A stretch of 54,117 nucleotides of DNA, from IMG/VR virus record IMGVR_UViG_3300045988_074595; one strand, written 5' to 3'. Positions 9,649 to 18,172 of this stretch are shown here, in pieces. The position numbers were made by a program, and so were the translations under genes. Source of the DNA: a virus. Every line of letters begins with the position of its first letter. Within the stretch, counting starts at the first letter, position 1. Under the pieces are notes generated by a model. It saw nothing but the letters and a program-made list of their open reading frames with translations. It had not been told where the DNA came from and ran no database searches.

Positions 9649-10257
9649 ATGAACAAATATGTAAACGAAGTAATTGAATGTGTAGGACCTCTTACTGATT
9701 GGGAGTGTGTAGGCTTATATACAGTCGACCCTAACGGAGCTTTGGCAGTAAGCTATAAACGCTACGCAGGCATGCTACATTCAATTGGACGTAAATTCTT
9801 CTCGTTTAGTAAGGAGGATATTGACAGCATTGTTTGGGAAACATTGAACAAAGCACTATCTACATTTAAGTTTAACCATAAAGCTAACTTCGCTACCTAC
9901 GTTACTAAACTAATGAACAACGCAATGCGAAATGAGTACCGTGCGTTAAGAGTTACTAGAGTCCAACGTGATTGGTATGTTGATGTTGAATGGGAAAGCT
10001 GTTCAACTGTAGACGAAGAAGATGGATTGAATGTTTTTTCAAGACAGGGCATTGAAGAGGACTGGGGAGCTATTGACATTGAAAATTCAATTGAATCTTT
10101 ACCTCTTACACCTAATCAATATGCCTACATTGAATGTATTGTTCGAAATGGTCACGAGATGAAGGATGTAGAAGTCGCAAAGGAAATTGGAGTGACTAAT
10201 GCTGCTATCAAATGTATCAAAAAATCATTAGCTAAAAAACTAGATGGATTTATTTAG
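9649..10257 (+). CDS. phage-encoded sigma-70-family RNA polymerase sigma factor
   Basis: Region-2-like FATYVTKLMNNAMRNEYRALR. Region-4 HTH LTPNQYAYIECIV...VAKEIGVTNAAIKCIKKSLAKKL. Confidence 0.8.
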   Translation: MNKYVNEVIECVGPLTDWECVGLYTVDPNGALAVSYKRYAGMLHSIGRKFFSFSKEDIDSIVWETLNKALSTFKFNHKANFATYVTKLMNNAMRNEYRALRVTRVQRDWYVDVEWESCSTVDEEDGLNVFSRQGIEEDWGAIDIENSIESLPLTPNQYAYIECIVRNGHEMKDVEVAKEIGVTNAAIKCIKKSLAKKLDGFI

Positions 10258-10283
10258 TTAGTATATAAACACCTCAAAAATGG

Positions 10284-10301
10284 TGTATACTATAGTATAA
10301 G
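10284..10301 (+). promoter_or_regulatory. TGTATA-N6-TATAAG dyad / promoter-like element upstream of the SSB-polymerase operon
   Basis: tgtatactatagtataag. The core tatactatagtata is a perfect 14-nt palindrome. It lies 60 nt upstream of ATG 10361. Confidence 0.5.
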
Positions 10302-10360
10302 CAATATTTGCTTATTAACCCTTTTCACACTTATAACACTTTTAAAGGAGAAAACTTTTT

Positions 10361-11077
10361 ATGGCACGTGTAAGCATTAAAGAGTCTGGTAAGTACGGAA
10401 CAGGTACTGCTAACGGATTCTTTTCACTAGCAGATGATGGTGATTCTGCTGTAGTTACATTTTTGTACGAAGATCCAAACGGTGAAGATATGGACTATTT
10501 TGTAGTTCACAGAGCCGAAATTGATGGACGTGAACGTTATGTAAATTGTAACGCTATTGACGAGGATGGTAATTTGCATCCGGAAGATTGTCCTCTTTGT
10601 GAGGAAGGATATCCACGTACTGAAAAACTGTTTATTCAGCTTTACAATGAAGAAACAGACCAAGTCGAAACTTGGGATCGTGGACGCAGCTATGTTTCAA
10701 AAATCGTAACACTTATCAATAAATATGGTTCACTAGTCAACCAACCTTTTGAAATTGTTCGTAGTGGACGTAAAGGAGATCAACGTACTAGTTACGAGTT
10801 CTTCCCGGAAGCTCCGGACGAAGATGTTACATTGGATGATTTTCCTGAAAAATCTGAGCTTTTGGGTTCACTTATTTTGGATCTAAATGAGGATCAAATG
10901 TACGACGTAATTGATGGACGATTCACTTTGGATGATAATTCCTCATCCCGTGGTAGACGTGGTTCAAGTCGAGGATCTAACAGTTCTCGAAACGACTCAC
11001 GTAGCGCTGGACCGGTTCGTCGAAGAGGTTCATCCAATACTGGACGAGGACCTCAAACACGAGGAGGACGGTTCTAA
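10361..11077 (+). CDS. putative single-stranded DNA-binding protein (Zn-motif OB-fold type with an RG/S-rich tail)
   Basis: Lies immediately upstream of the polymerase. CPLCEEG motif and C-terminal SSRGRRGSSRGSNSS...RGGRF tail. The assignment rests on context plus weak recall. Confidence 0.5.
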   Translation: MARVSIKESGKYGTGTANGFFSLADDGDSAVVTFLYEDPNGEDMDYFVVHRAEIDGRERYVNCNAIDEDGNLHPEDCPLCEEGYPRTEKLFIQLYNEETDQVETWDRGRSYVSKIVTLINKYGSLVNQPFEIVRSGRKGDQRTSYEFFPEAPDEDVTLDDFPEKSELLGSLILDLNEDQMYDVIDGRFTLDDNSSSRGRRGSSRGSNSSRNDSRSAGPVRRRGSSNTGRGPQTRGGRF

Positions 11078-11082
11078 CAGAG

Positions 11083-11108
11083 GAGGAAGTTTAACTTCCT
11101 CTTTTTAT
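11083..11108 (+). terminator. rho-independent terminator/attenuator between the SSB-like gene and polA
   Basis: Stem gaggaag / cttcctc with loop tttaa, followed by tttttattt. Confidence 0.65.
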
Positions 11109-11127
11109 TTACAATTAAGGAGAAATT

Positions 11128-13467
11128 ATGTCCCAACAAGGTTTATTTAATCTAAAAAAGAAGGGCGGAAAACGAGCGGACGGTAAGTTATTAGCTAGTA
11201 AGGATAATCGAAAAAACGCTATTGAAGTTACTTACATTAGCGGAGATCATCTAAAGGACGCTATTAACAGAGCTCGAACAATGTCTAAACGAGTTTTGAG
11301 TCATGTATTACATAGACTTGAATTAGTTGATAATTTTGAAGATTTAGACGAGTATGTAGGTTATATTATCGAAAAAGGTATCTGCGGACTTGACGTAGAA
11401 ACTAACGGCTTGGACACTATACATGATGATATTGTGGGAGTGTGTTTGTATACACCTTATCAAAAAGCTATTTATGTACCTCTAAACCACCGCAGCAATC
11501 TTACAAAGCAGCGAATTAAAAATCAGGTAGATCCAAAGGACATGGCAATGCTTTTGGAAGAAATGATTGACGAAGGTGTTCAGTTTGTTTATCATAACGC
11601 TAAATTCGATATGAAATCAATTTATTGGCAGCTGCACGTCAAAATGCCTAATCCTACATGGGATACATTTATAGCGTCAAACCTACTGAACGAAAATGAA
11701 AGTCATTCACTTAAAACCTTGCACGCTAAATATGTTAGGGAAGAACCTAACGCAGAATTGGCTAAGTTTAATGAACTTTTCAAAGGTATTCCATTTAGTT
11801 TAATTCCACCCGACGTTGCTTATATGTACGCAGCTTATGATCCGTTACAGACTTATGAACTTTACGAGTTTCAAAAATTGTACTTAACGCCGGGTACTGA
11901 GGAATGTTCGTCATGTAAACTAGAACGAGTTAGCGAGGTTTACAAAAACATTGAACTACCTCTTATTTCTGTTCTTTTCGACATGGAAATTTACGGAGTT
12001 GATTTAGATGAAGATAAGTTGGCTGAAATCCGTGAGGACTTTACGTCTAAAATGGAACAAGCTGAGGAAGAGTTTAATGAATGTGTTCAGGAATACGCAC
12101 AGGACATTGACGATTTAAGAACAACTAACTTTGAAGCTTATCGAAAACTAAGTATGGACGCAAAAGGTAATGTCACTGTTTCCATCTCAAGTTCAACTCA
12201 ATTAGCTATTCTGTTCTACGATATTTTAGGTCTAAAGAGTAATGACGCTAAATCTCCTAGAGGTACTGGAGTTGATATTGTTAGTAGCTGGGATGAACCT
12301 GTAGCTAAGGTGGTTCTTAAATATCGAAAATATGCAAAATTGGTATCTACTTACACAACTTTGGATGAACATTTAGCTAAAACTGACCACAGGATCCATA
12401 CTAACTTTAAACAGTACGGAGCTAAAACAGGTCGAATGGCTAGTGAGGGACCTAACCTCCAAAACATTCCATCACGTGGAGAGGGAGCAGTCGTTCGACA
12501 AGTATTCTCAGCTAGTCCTGGACACTATATTATTGGTAGTGACTACTCACAACAAGAGCCTCGTTCACTTGCGGAGTTGAGTGGGGACGAGAACATGATT
12601 CACGCCTATAAAGAAGGATTGGACTTGTATGCCGTTATTGGATCGAAACTTTATCATACTGACTATGAAAACTGTTTAGAGTTCTATCCGGACGGAACTA
12701 CTAATCCGGAAGGTAAGAAACGTCGAACAAGTGTTAAATCTGTGCTTTTAGGTCTTATGTACGGACGTGGAGCAGCAAGTATTGCGGAGCAAATGAATGT
12801 ATCTACTAAAGAAGCTCAACAAGTAATGACGGACTTTTTCAAACAGTTTCCAAAAGTAGCTGAATATATTGTATTTGTTCAACAACACGCTATCGATTAT
12901 GGTTATACTGAAACGGCAATGGGTCGTCGTCGTAGACTTCCGGACATGGCTTTACCTGAATATACCTTTGAATGGGTCGATGAAAGTAAGGACGTATCTT
13001 TTGACCCACTTGACTTTGACGCAGACGAAAATGAAGCCGGAGAAGTTCCTGAACATTTAGTGGAACAGTATTGGGCTGAGTTAGACAGAGCTTGGGGATT
13101 TAAGAAAAAGAACGCTATTAAAGAACGAGCTTTGCAGGAAGGTATTAAAATTACTGATAACGGAGGAAAAATCGCAGACGCAGAACGTCAATGTCTTAAC
13201 TCCGTTATCCAAGGAACTGCTGCAGATATGACTAAATACGCAATGATTAAAGTACATAGGGATAAGGAGCTTAAAGAATTGGGGTTCCATTTAATGATTC
13301 CAGTACATGATGAACTTTTAGGTGAACTCCCTAAGGAAAACGCTAAACGAGGAGCTGAACGACTTACGGAAGTTATGATTGAAGCGGCTAAAGACATTAT
13401 TAGTTTGCCAATGAAATGTGACCCTAGTATTGTAGAACGTTGGTACGGTGAGGAGATTCAGTTGTGA
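11128..13467 (+). CDS. polA: family-A DNA polymerase (Pol I-like) with 3-5 exonuclease domain
   Basis: Exo motifs GLDVETNGL, YHNAKFD and YAAYD. Polymerase motifs SDYSQQEPR, KTGRMAS..PNLQNIP and IPVHDELLGE. Confidence 0.92.
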   Translation: MSQQGLFNLKKKGGKRADGKLLASKDNRKNAIEVTYISGDHLKDAINRARTMSKRVLSHVLHRLELVDNFEDLDEYVGYIIEKGICGLDVETNGLDTIHDDIVGVCLYTPYQKAIYVPLNHRSNLTKQRIKNQVDPKDMAMLLEEMIDEGVQFVYHNAKFDMKSIYWQLHVKMPNPTWDTFIASNLLNENESHSLKTLHAKYVREEPNAELAKFNELFKGIPFSLIPPDVAYMYAAYDPLQTYELYEFQKLYLTPGTEECSSCKLERVSEVYKNIELPLISVLFDMEIYGVDLDEDKLAEIREDFTSKMEQAEEEFNECVQEYAQDIDDLRTTNFEAYRKLSMDAKGNVTVSISSSTQLAILFYDILGLKSNDAKSPRGTGVDIVSSWDEPVAKVVLKYRKYAKLVSTYTTLDEHLAKTDHRIHTNFKQYGAKTGRMASEGPNLQNIPSRGEGAVVRQVFSASPGHYIIGSDYSQQEPRSLAELSGDENMIHAYKEGLDLYAVIGSKLYHTDYENCLEFYPDGTTNPEGKKRRTSVKSVLLGLMYGRGAASIAEQMNVSTKEAQQVMTDFFKQFPKVAEYIVFVQQHAIDYGYTETAMGRRRRLPDMALPEYTFEWVDESKDVSFDPLDFDADENEAGEVPEHLVEQYWAELDRAWGFKKKNAIKERALQEGIKITDNGGKIADAERQCLNSVIQGTAADMTKYAMIKVHRDKELKELGFHLMIPVHDELLGELPKENAKRGAERLTEVMIEAAKDIISLPMKCDPSIVERWYGEEIQL

Positions 13468-13902
13468 TTGGTTTTATTACTTGCGGTAAGTCAAAACGTC
13501 CTGAACGATGTAAAGCTAAGGATTTGTATAACAGTCCTTTGTCTAAAAATAAGCAGCTTTATCTCAAAGTTTTGCACCCTGACATTGATATATATATTGT
13601 CAGCAAAACATGGGTTACTAAATTTAGACGATGTAATAGACCCCTACGACACAGAATTACCTCGTAAGGATTGCGAACAAAAAACTTTGTGGAAGACCAA
13701 AGTTTTGAAACAACTAAAACAGTTTGATAGCAACGAGGACATTATCTTTTTAGGGGCAAAACATTATTATGAACCTATAAATGAATATTTTACGAGCAGT
13801 AAAATTGCTCCTTTACTGGGTCTTACTCCTGTCTATCAAAATGTTAAATTACTTGAAGGAATAAATAGTTATTACGATGGTAAGAAGAGGAGACTTTTTT
13901 GA
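13464..13902 (+). pseudogene. conserved phage gene (CGKSKR ... ILSAKHGL..D.I.PYD pattern, DUF6884-like from memory) split by a frameshift in an (AT)5 tract
   Basis: GTG 13464 has a strong RBS (ggtgaggag) and reads MIGFITCGKSKR...HPDIDIYI. The conserved-looking continuation YILSAKHGLLNLDDVIDPYDTEL... is in the +1 frame (ORF 13468..13902). The switch point is atatatatat at 13588-13597. Confidence 0.6.
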
Positions 13903-14423
13903 AGATGAAAAAATATTTGAACATTTACGTAGCATTGTATCTTTTAGTGGGTATTTTTGGAGCTCTTGTAACGTTGTGGTTTAAGCCGTGGGATTTGGGT
14001 ATTGTATCTATCCCCCCATCTAGTTGGCTAATGGGATTTTCATTCTTACTAATTACAATTATCCAGGATAGAAGTGGATCTGTAGTAGCATCTAAAATGA
14101 TTTGGATTTTGCTTATCTGTACTGCTGTAGTTTGTGTAATTAACAGATATTCACAAATGATTGTAGTTGCAAGTGGGGTAGCATTTTTAGTTGGACAATA
14201 CGTTACTAAAATTATGTATACACTTCACGTCAACCGCACAGTAAGTTCAATGACTGGATCTGTAGTAGACGCAGCTATTTGGATTTTATTAGGACTAAGT
14301 CCTATTGGTATTGGTACTGTTCCTTGGGAAATGTACTTTAGAGCAGTTTGGGGACAGGTAGTTATTCAAATTATTATGCAAGCAATAGCTGCCCACGTAT
14401 ATAGCAAAGTAAAACAAGGATAG
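13899..14423 (+). CDS. polytopic membrane protein, YhhQ/DUF165-like putative 7-deazaguanine precursor transporter
   Basis: 174 aa with about 5 TM helices. Segments (LLITIIQDRSGSVVASKMIWILLI; LVGQYVTKIMYTL; GSVVDAAIWILLG) parallel conserved blocks of E. coli YhhQ as I recall them. Located directly upstream of queC. Confidence 0.5.
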   Translation: MKMKKYLNIYVALYLLVGIFGALVTLWFKPWDLGIVSIPPSSWLMGFSFLLITIIQDRSGSVVASKMIWILLICTAVVCVINRYSQMIVVASGVAFLVGQYVTKIMYTLHVNRTVSSMTGSVVDAAIWILLGLSPIGIGTVPWEMYFRAVWGQVVIQIIMQAIAAHVYSKVKQG

Positions 14424-14474
14424 GAAATTATTTCCAATCTTTTATTAGTTACTAAACAAAAAACAGTCAAACCG

Positions 14475-14492
14475 TGTATAATATAGTATAGA
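14475..14492 (+). promoter_or_regulatory. TGTATA-N6-TATAGA element with embedded TATAAT; promoter of the que operon
   Basis: gtgtataatatagtataga. TATAAT at 14477-14482, preceded by TG. Confidence 0.55.
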
Positions 14493-14545
14493 GATTTTAC
14501 ATTCGTTTGACCTCTATCAAACAATAAAAATAAACGGAGGTAACT

Positions 14546-15241
14546 ATGAAAGTCGTAGTTCTTTTAAGTGGAGGAGTTGACTCCACAACTTGCGCAGCTC
14601 TTGCCGTTAGTCGTTATGGCAAAGATAATGTTACAGGACTTACATTTTTGTATGGTCAAAAACATTCAAATGAAATTGAAAATGCACGCAGCGTAGCAAA
14701 GTATTTTGGTATTAAGCTAATTGAAGCTTCTGTAGACAGTGACATTTTTTCAGGATCTACATCTACTTTGCTTAAAGGTGGAGGCGAAATTTCACATAAA
14801 AGTTATGCAGAAATTATTGAACAAAATGGTGAAGGTACTGTAGACACTTACGTACCTTTTAGAAATGGTCTAATGTTGTCACAAGCCGCAGCTCTTGCTT
14901 ACAGTTCTACAGCGGACGAGGTTTGGTACGGAGCCCACGCAGATGATGCAGCAGGGGCAGCTTATCCGGATTGTACTCCAGCATTTTACACTTTTATGGA
15001 CAAGGCTATTTATTTCGGTACCGGCAAAAAAGTTCACTTAAATGCTCCACTAATTGAGTTGAACAAATCTCAAGTGGTAGCCGCTGGGCTAAAAGTAAAT
15101 GCTCCTTACGAACTAACTCGTTCGTGTTACGAGGGACATAAATATGCTTGTGGTAAGTGTGCTACTTGTATTGATCGTTTGAAAGCTTTTGCAGATAACG
15201 GTATTAAAGATCCTGTTCCTTACGAAGTGGAGGTACAATAA
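14546..15241 (+). CDS. queC: 7-cyano-7-deazaguanine (preQ0) synthase QueC
   Basis: PP-loop VVLLSGGVDSTT and C-terminal zinc cysteines CGKCATCIDR. 231 aa. Confidence 0.92.
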   Translation: MKVVVLLSGGVDSTTCAALAVSRYGKDNVTGLTFLYGQKHSNEIENARSVAKYFGIKLIEASVDSDIFSGSTSTLLKGGGEISHKSYAEIIEQNGEGTVDTYVPFRNGLMLSQAAALAYSSTADEVWYGAHADDAAGAAYPDCTPAFYTFMDKAIYFGTGKKVHLNAPLIELNKSQVVAAGLKVNAPYELTRSCYEGHKYACGKCATCIDRLKAFADNGIKDPVPYEVEVQ

Positions 15242-15747
15242 TGCGAGTTTGTAAACAATTTAGTTTTGACGCAAGTCACCAATTAGTTGGTCATTTTGGG
15301 AAATGTGCAAATTTGCACGGACATACTTACAAGCTGGAAGTTTCACTTACTGGAGCAATTCACGAAGAAGGATCTAGTGAGGGTATGGTAGTAGACTTTT
15401 ATCATGTTAAGAAGTACGCAGGTGAGTTAGTAGATCGTTTGGATCATGCGTTCCTTATGCGAGGTAATGAACCTGCCGCAGAAGTAGTTGAGACTAAACG
15501 AGTTAAGTTTGGTTTTAGAACTACGGCAGAAAACATGGCTAAATTCTTAGCATGGTCACTTGGAACTTTAATGCAACCTTATGCTCGTATTGATTTTATT
15601 CGACTTTGGGAAACACCTACAGGATATGCAGAGTGTGACTACTACGAAATTTTCAGTGACGAGGAAATTGAACAATATAAAAAAGTTCAGTTCTTTGACA
15701 AAGACGAGTGTGTGACTTTGGAGGATATTTTAAATGCCAACAAATAA
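15241..15747 (+). CDS. queD: 6-carboxy-5,6,7,8-tetrahydropterin synthase QueD
   Basis: FSFDASHQL ... CANLHGHTYKLEV is characteristic of the PTPS/QueD family. Confidence 0.9.
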   Translation: MRVCKQFSFDASHQLVGHFGKCANLHGHTYKLEVSLTGAIHEEGSSEGMVVDFYHVKKYAGELVDRLDHAFLMRGNEPAAEVVETKRVKFGFRTTAENMAKFLAWSLGTLMQPYARIDFIRLWETPTGYAECDYYEIFSDEEIEQYKKVQFFDKDECVTLEDILNANK

Positions 15748-16531
15748 ATACAATCAACCTGAACGTGGTAATATTAGAATTAACACGCGAGGCAAAGACA
15801 CTATGCCGGTAATGGAAATTTTTGGACCAACTATCCAAGGAGAAGGAATGGTAATTGGTCAAAAAACTATTTTCATTCGAACTGGTGGATGTGACTATCA
15901 TTGTAATTGGTGTGACTCAGCGTTCACTTGGAACGGTACTACAGAACCAGAATACATTTCAGGTAAGGAAGCAGCAGACCGAATTTTAGCTTTAGCTTTT
16001 GACGAAAAGGGTCAACAGATTTGTAACCATGTTACTTTGACAGGAGGTAACCCTGCTCTAATTAACGAACCTATGGCAGAAATGATTTCTATCCTAAAAG
16101 CTAAAGGGTTTAAGTTTGGACTTGAAACACAAGGAACACGTTTTCAAGAATGGTTTAAAGACGTTAGTGATATTACACTAAGTCCCAAACCACCTTCAAG
16201 TGGAATGAAAACAAACATGCGTATTCTTGAAAAAATTGTCGAACGCCTAAACGAGGAAGAACTCGATTGGTCGTTTAAGGTTGTTATTTTCGACGAACAA
16301 GATTTAGCTTACGCTCGTAACTTGTTTAAGGAGTTCGAAGACAAACTTCGTCCTGTTAACTATTTGTCAGTAGGTAATGCTAATGCGTACGAGGAGGGCA
16401 GTATTAGTGGACGTTTACTTGAAAAACTTGGATGGTTGTGGGATCAAGTCTATAAGGATCCTGCCTTTAACAATGTTCGTCCATTACCGCAGTTACATAC
16501 ACTTGTATATGATAATTTAAGAGGAGTATAA
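15734..16531 (+). CDS. queE: 7-carboxy-7-deazaguanine synthase QueE (radical SAM)
   Basis: EIFGPTIQGEGMVIGQKTIFIRTGGCDYHCNWCDS (CxxxCxxC cluster). GGAGG lies 9 nt before ATG 15734; an alternative start is at MPVMEIF. Confidence 0.9.
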   Translation: MPTNKYNQPERGNIRINTRGKDTMPVMEIFGPTIQGEGMVIGQKTIFIRTGGCDYHCNWCDSAFTWNGTTEPEYISGKEAADRILALAFDEKGQQICNHVTLTGGNPALINEPMAEMISILKAKGFKFGLETQGTRFQEWFKDVSDITLSPKPPSSGMKTNMRILEKIVERLNEEELDWSFKVVIFDEQDLAYARNLFKEFEDKLRPVNYLSVGNANAYEEGSISGRLLEKLGWLWDQVYKDPAFNNVRPLPQLHTLVYDNLRGV

Positions 16532-16534
16532 TTT

Positions 16535-17170
16535 ATGATTACAACAGATCAACTGAACAAAATTTCAAACCAACTAGGAAAATCTTCACACGTACAATTA
16601 TCGGTAGCGGATAATACTACTATCGTAAAAGCAGCGGAAGCTTTTCAGAATCTTTTGGGTGTACTTGGGGAAGATCCTGAACGTGACGGACTACAAGAAA
16701 CACCGTTCCGCTTTATTAAGGCTTTGGCAGAACATACTACAGGATATCGTGAAGATCCTGCTCAACACCTTACTAAGACATTCGACGTGGATCACAATGA
16801 CATTGTTTTAGTTAAGGACATTCCATTCAACTCACTATGTGAACACCATTTAGCTCCGTTTGTAGGCAAAGTGCACATTGCATACATTCCAAGTGATAAG
16901 ATTACAGGACTTTCAAAATTTGGACGAACTGTAGAAGGGTACGCAAAACGATTGCAAGTGCAGGAACGTCTTACACAACAAATTGCAGACGCTATTCAGG
17001 AAACACTTGATCCACAAGCGGTAGCCGTTATTATTGAAGCAGAACATACTTGTATGAGTGGACGTGGGATTAAGAAGCACGGAGCTACTACAGTTACTAG
17101 CACTATGCGTGGACTGTTTAAGGAAAATGCGACTGCACGTGGAGAGGTATTGTCCTTGCTTGGTAAGTAG
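16535..17170 (+). CDS. folE: GTP cyclohydrolase I FolE
   Basis: Active-site block SLCEHHLAPFVGKVHIAYIP and QVQERLTQQIA. Confidence 0.92.
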   Translation: MITTDQLNKISNQLGKSSHVQLSVADNTTIVKAAEAFQNLLGVLGEDPERDGLQETPFRFIKALAEHTTGYREDPAQHLTKTFDVDHNDIVLVKDIPFNSLCEHHLAPFVGKVHIAYIPSDKITGLSKFGRTVEGYAKRLQVQERLTQQIADAIQETLDPQAVAVIIEAEHTCMSGRGIKKHGATTVTSTMRGLFKENATARGEVLSLLGK

Positions 17171-17178
17171 GAGGCTAC

Positions 17179-18114
17179 ATGAGTATTGATTTATATTTTG
17201 CAGGTAACGGTGCAAAGGATATTGAAGCCTTCCTTTTGAAAAATAAAGCTAACCGACTATTTACTCAAAAATTCGAACGTAACTCAACTGGAAAAGCATG
17301 GTTTGAGTATATGGACGAAAATCCTGGGTTTACTGGAAAGGTGTTTGTGGACTCTAGTGCGTATGGAGCTTGGACACGGAACATTGACATTGATTTAGAT
17401 GAATATATTGATTATCTAAATGCTAACGACGGTAGGTTTTCAGTTATTGCGTCACTGGACGTAATTCCTGGGTCTAAAGGACACTTCGCTACTCGTCAGC
17501 AGGTACAGGAAGCTAGTGAACAATCTTGGGAAAATTACCTTTATATGTATGACCGAGTACTTGATAAGGAGAAAGTCATTCCTGTTTTCCACGTTGGCGA
17601 ACCTTGGGAGTATTTAGATAAAATTCTAAATCATGTCCATAAAGATGGATCTCAAGTTCAGTATATGGGACTAGGAGGATTAGTAGGTGTTCACAGCAAC
17701 GACCGAATTAAATGGATTGAACAAGTGTTCGATGTTGTTAAGCAAAGTAACAACCCAAATATTAAGATTCATGCTTTTGGGGTTACTAGTTTGAAAATTT
17801 TAGAGCAGTTCCCATTTACATCTGCGGACTCTACTACCGCAGTGCTTACGGGAGCAATGGGAGGTGTGTTGACACCTTACGGTAAAATTAGTTTTGCCCA
17901 AAAGGACGGAGGAGTGAATGCTTTTTACGCACAACCTCAACAGGTACAGGAAGCAGTCCTTAATTTAGTTAAAGAGGCAGGATTTGATTTTACAGTTGAA
18001 GAGATTGTAGACAACTATATTGCACGTGAACTTCTTAACTGTCAGTACTTACTAGATTGGGCAGCAAGTTACAAATATAACCCTCCTAAACATAAACAAT
18101 CCAGATTGTTTTAA
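17179..18114 (+). CDS. dpdA: DpdA-like (tRNA-guanine-transglycosylase superfamily) DNA 7-deazaguanine transglycosylase
   Basis: 311 aa, last gene of the que cluster. N-terminal LYFAGNG...VFVDSSAYGAW resembles phage DpdA proteins (recalled). Confidence 0.7.
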   Translation: MSIDLYFAGNGAKDIEAFLLKNKANRLFTQKFERNSTGKAWFEYMDENPGFTGKVFVDSSAYGAWTRNIDIDLDEYIDYLNANDGRFSVIASLDVIPGSKGHFATRQQVQEASEQSWENYLYMYDRVLDKEKVIPVFHVGEPWEYLDKILNHVHKDGSQVQYMGLGGLVGVHSNDRIKWIEQVFDVVKQSNNPNIKIHAFGVTSLKILEQFPFTSADSTTAVLTGAMGGVLTPYGKISFAQKDGGVNAFYAQPQQVQEAVLNLVKEAGFDFTVEEIVDNYIARELLNCQYLLDWAASYKYNPPKHKQSRLF

Positions 18115-18117
18115 ATA

Positions 18118-18152
18118 GAACGACCTTATTAAATTAGGGTCGTTTTGTTGTT
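18118..18152 (+). terminator. rho-independent terminator after the deazaguanine island
   Basis: Stem aacgacc / ggtcgtt with an 11-nt loop, followed by ttgttgttt. Confidence 0.7.
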
Positions 18153-18172
18153 TACAAATCTTTCAAAATTGG

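Noticed and set aside
10911-11150. Alternative-frame + strand ORFs (10911..11150, 12869..13060, 19640..19918, 26295..26555, 36763..37086, 38254..38448, 41620..41835, 42911..43114, 43343..43543, 44143..44427, 47571..47771, 50450..50770)
   Set aside because: They lie wholly inside longer genes that have recognisable domains. They lack RBSs and have junk-like composition.
13468-13600. TTG 13468 as the true start of a 144-aa protein
   Set aside because: Its first ~45 residues (MVLLLAVSQNVLNDVKLRICITVLCLK...) look like out-of-frame translation. The overlapping frame from GTG 13464 has the RBS and a conserved-looking N-terminus, so a frameshift explains the data better.
14490-14540. Canonical preQ1-I or preQ1-II riboswitch call
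   Set aside because: Loop L1 (about 11 nt) and the A-rich L3 (about 16 nt) are far longer than in known preQ1-I aptamers, and there is no preQ1-II-like sequence. It is kept only as a low-confidence hypothesis in the findings.
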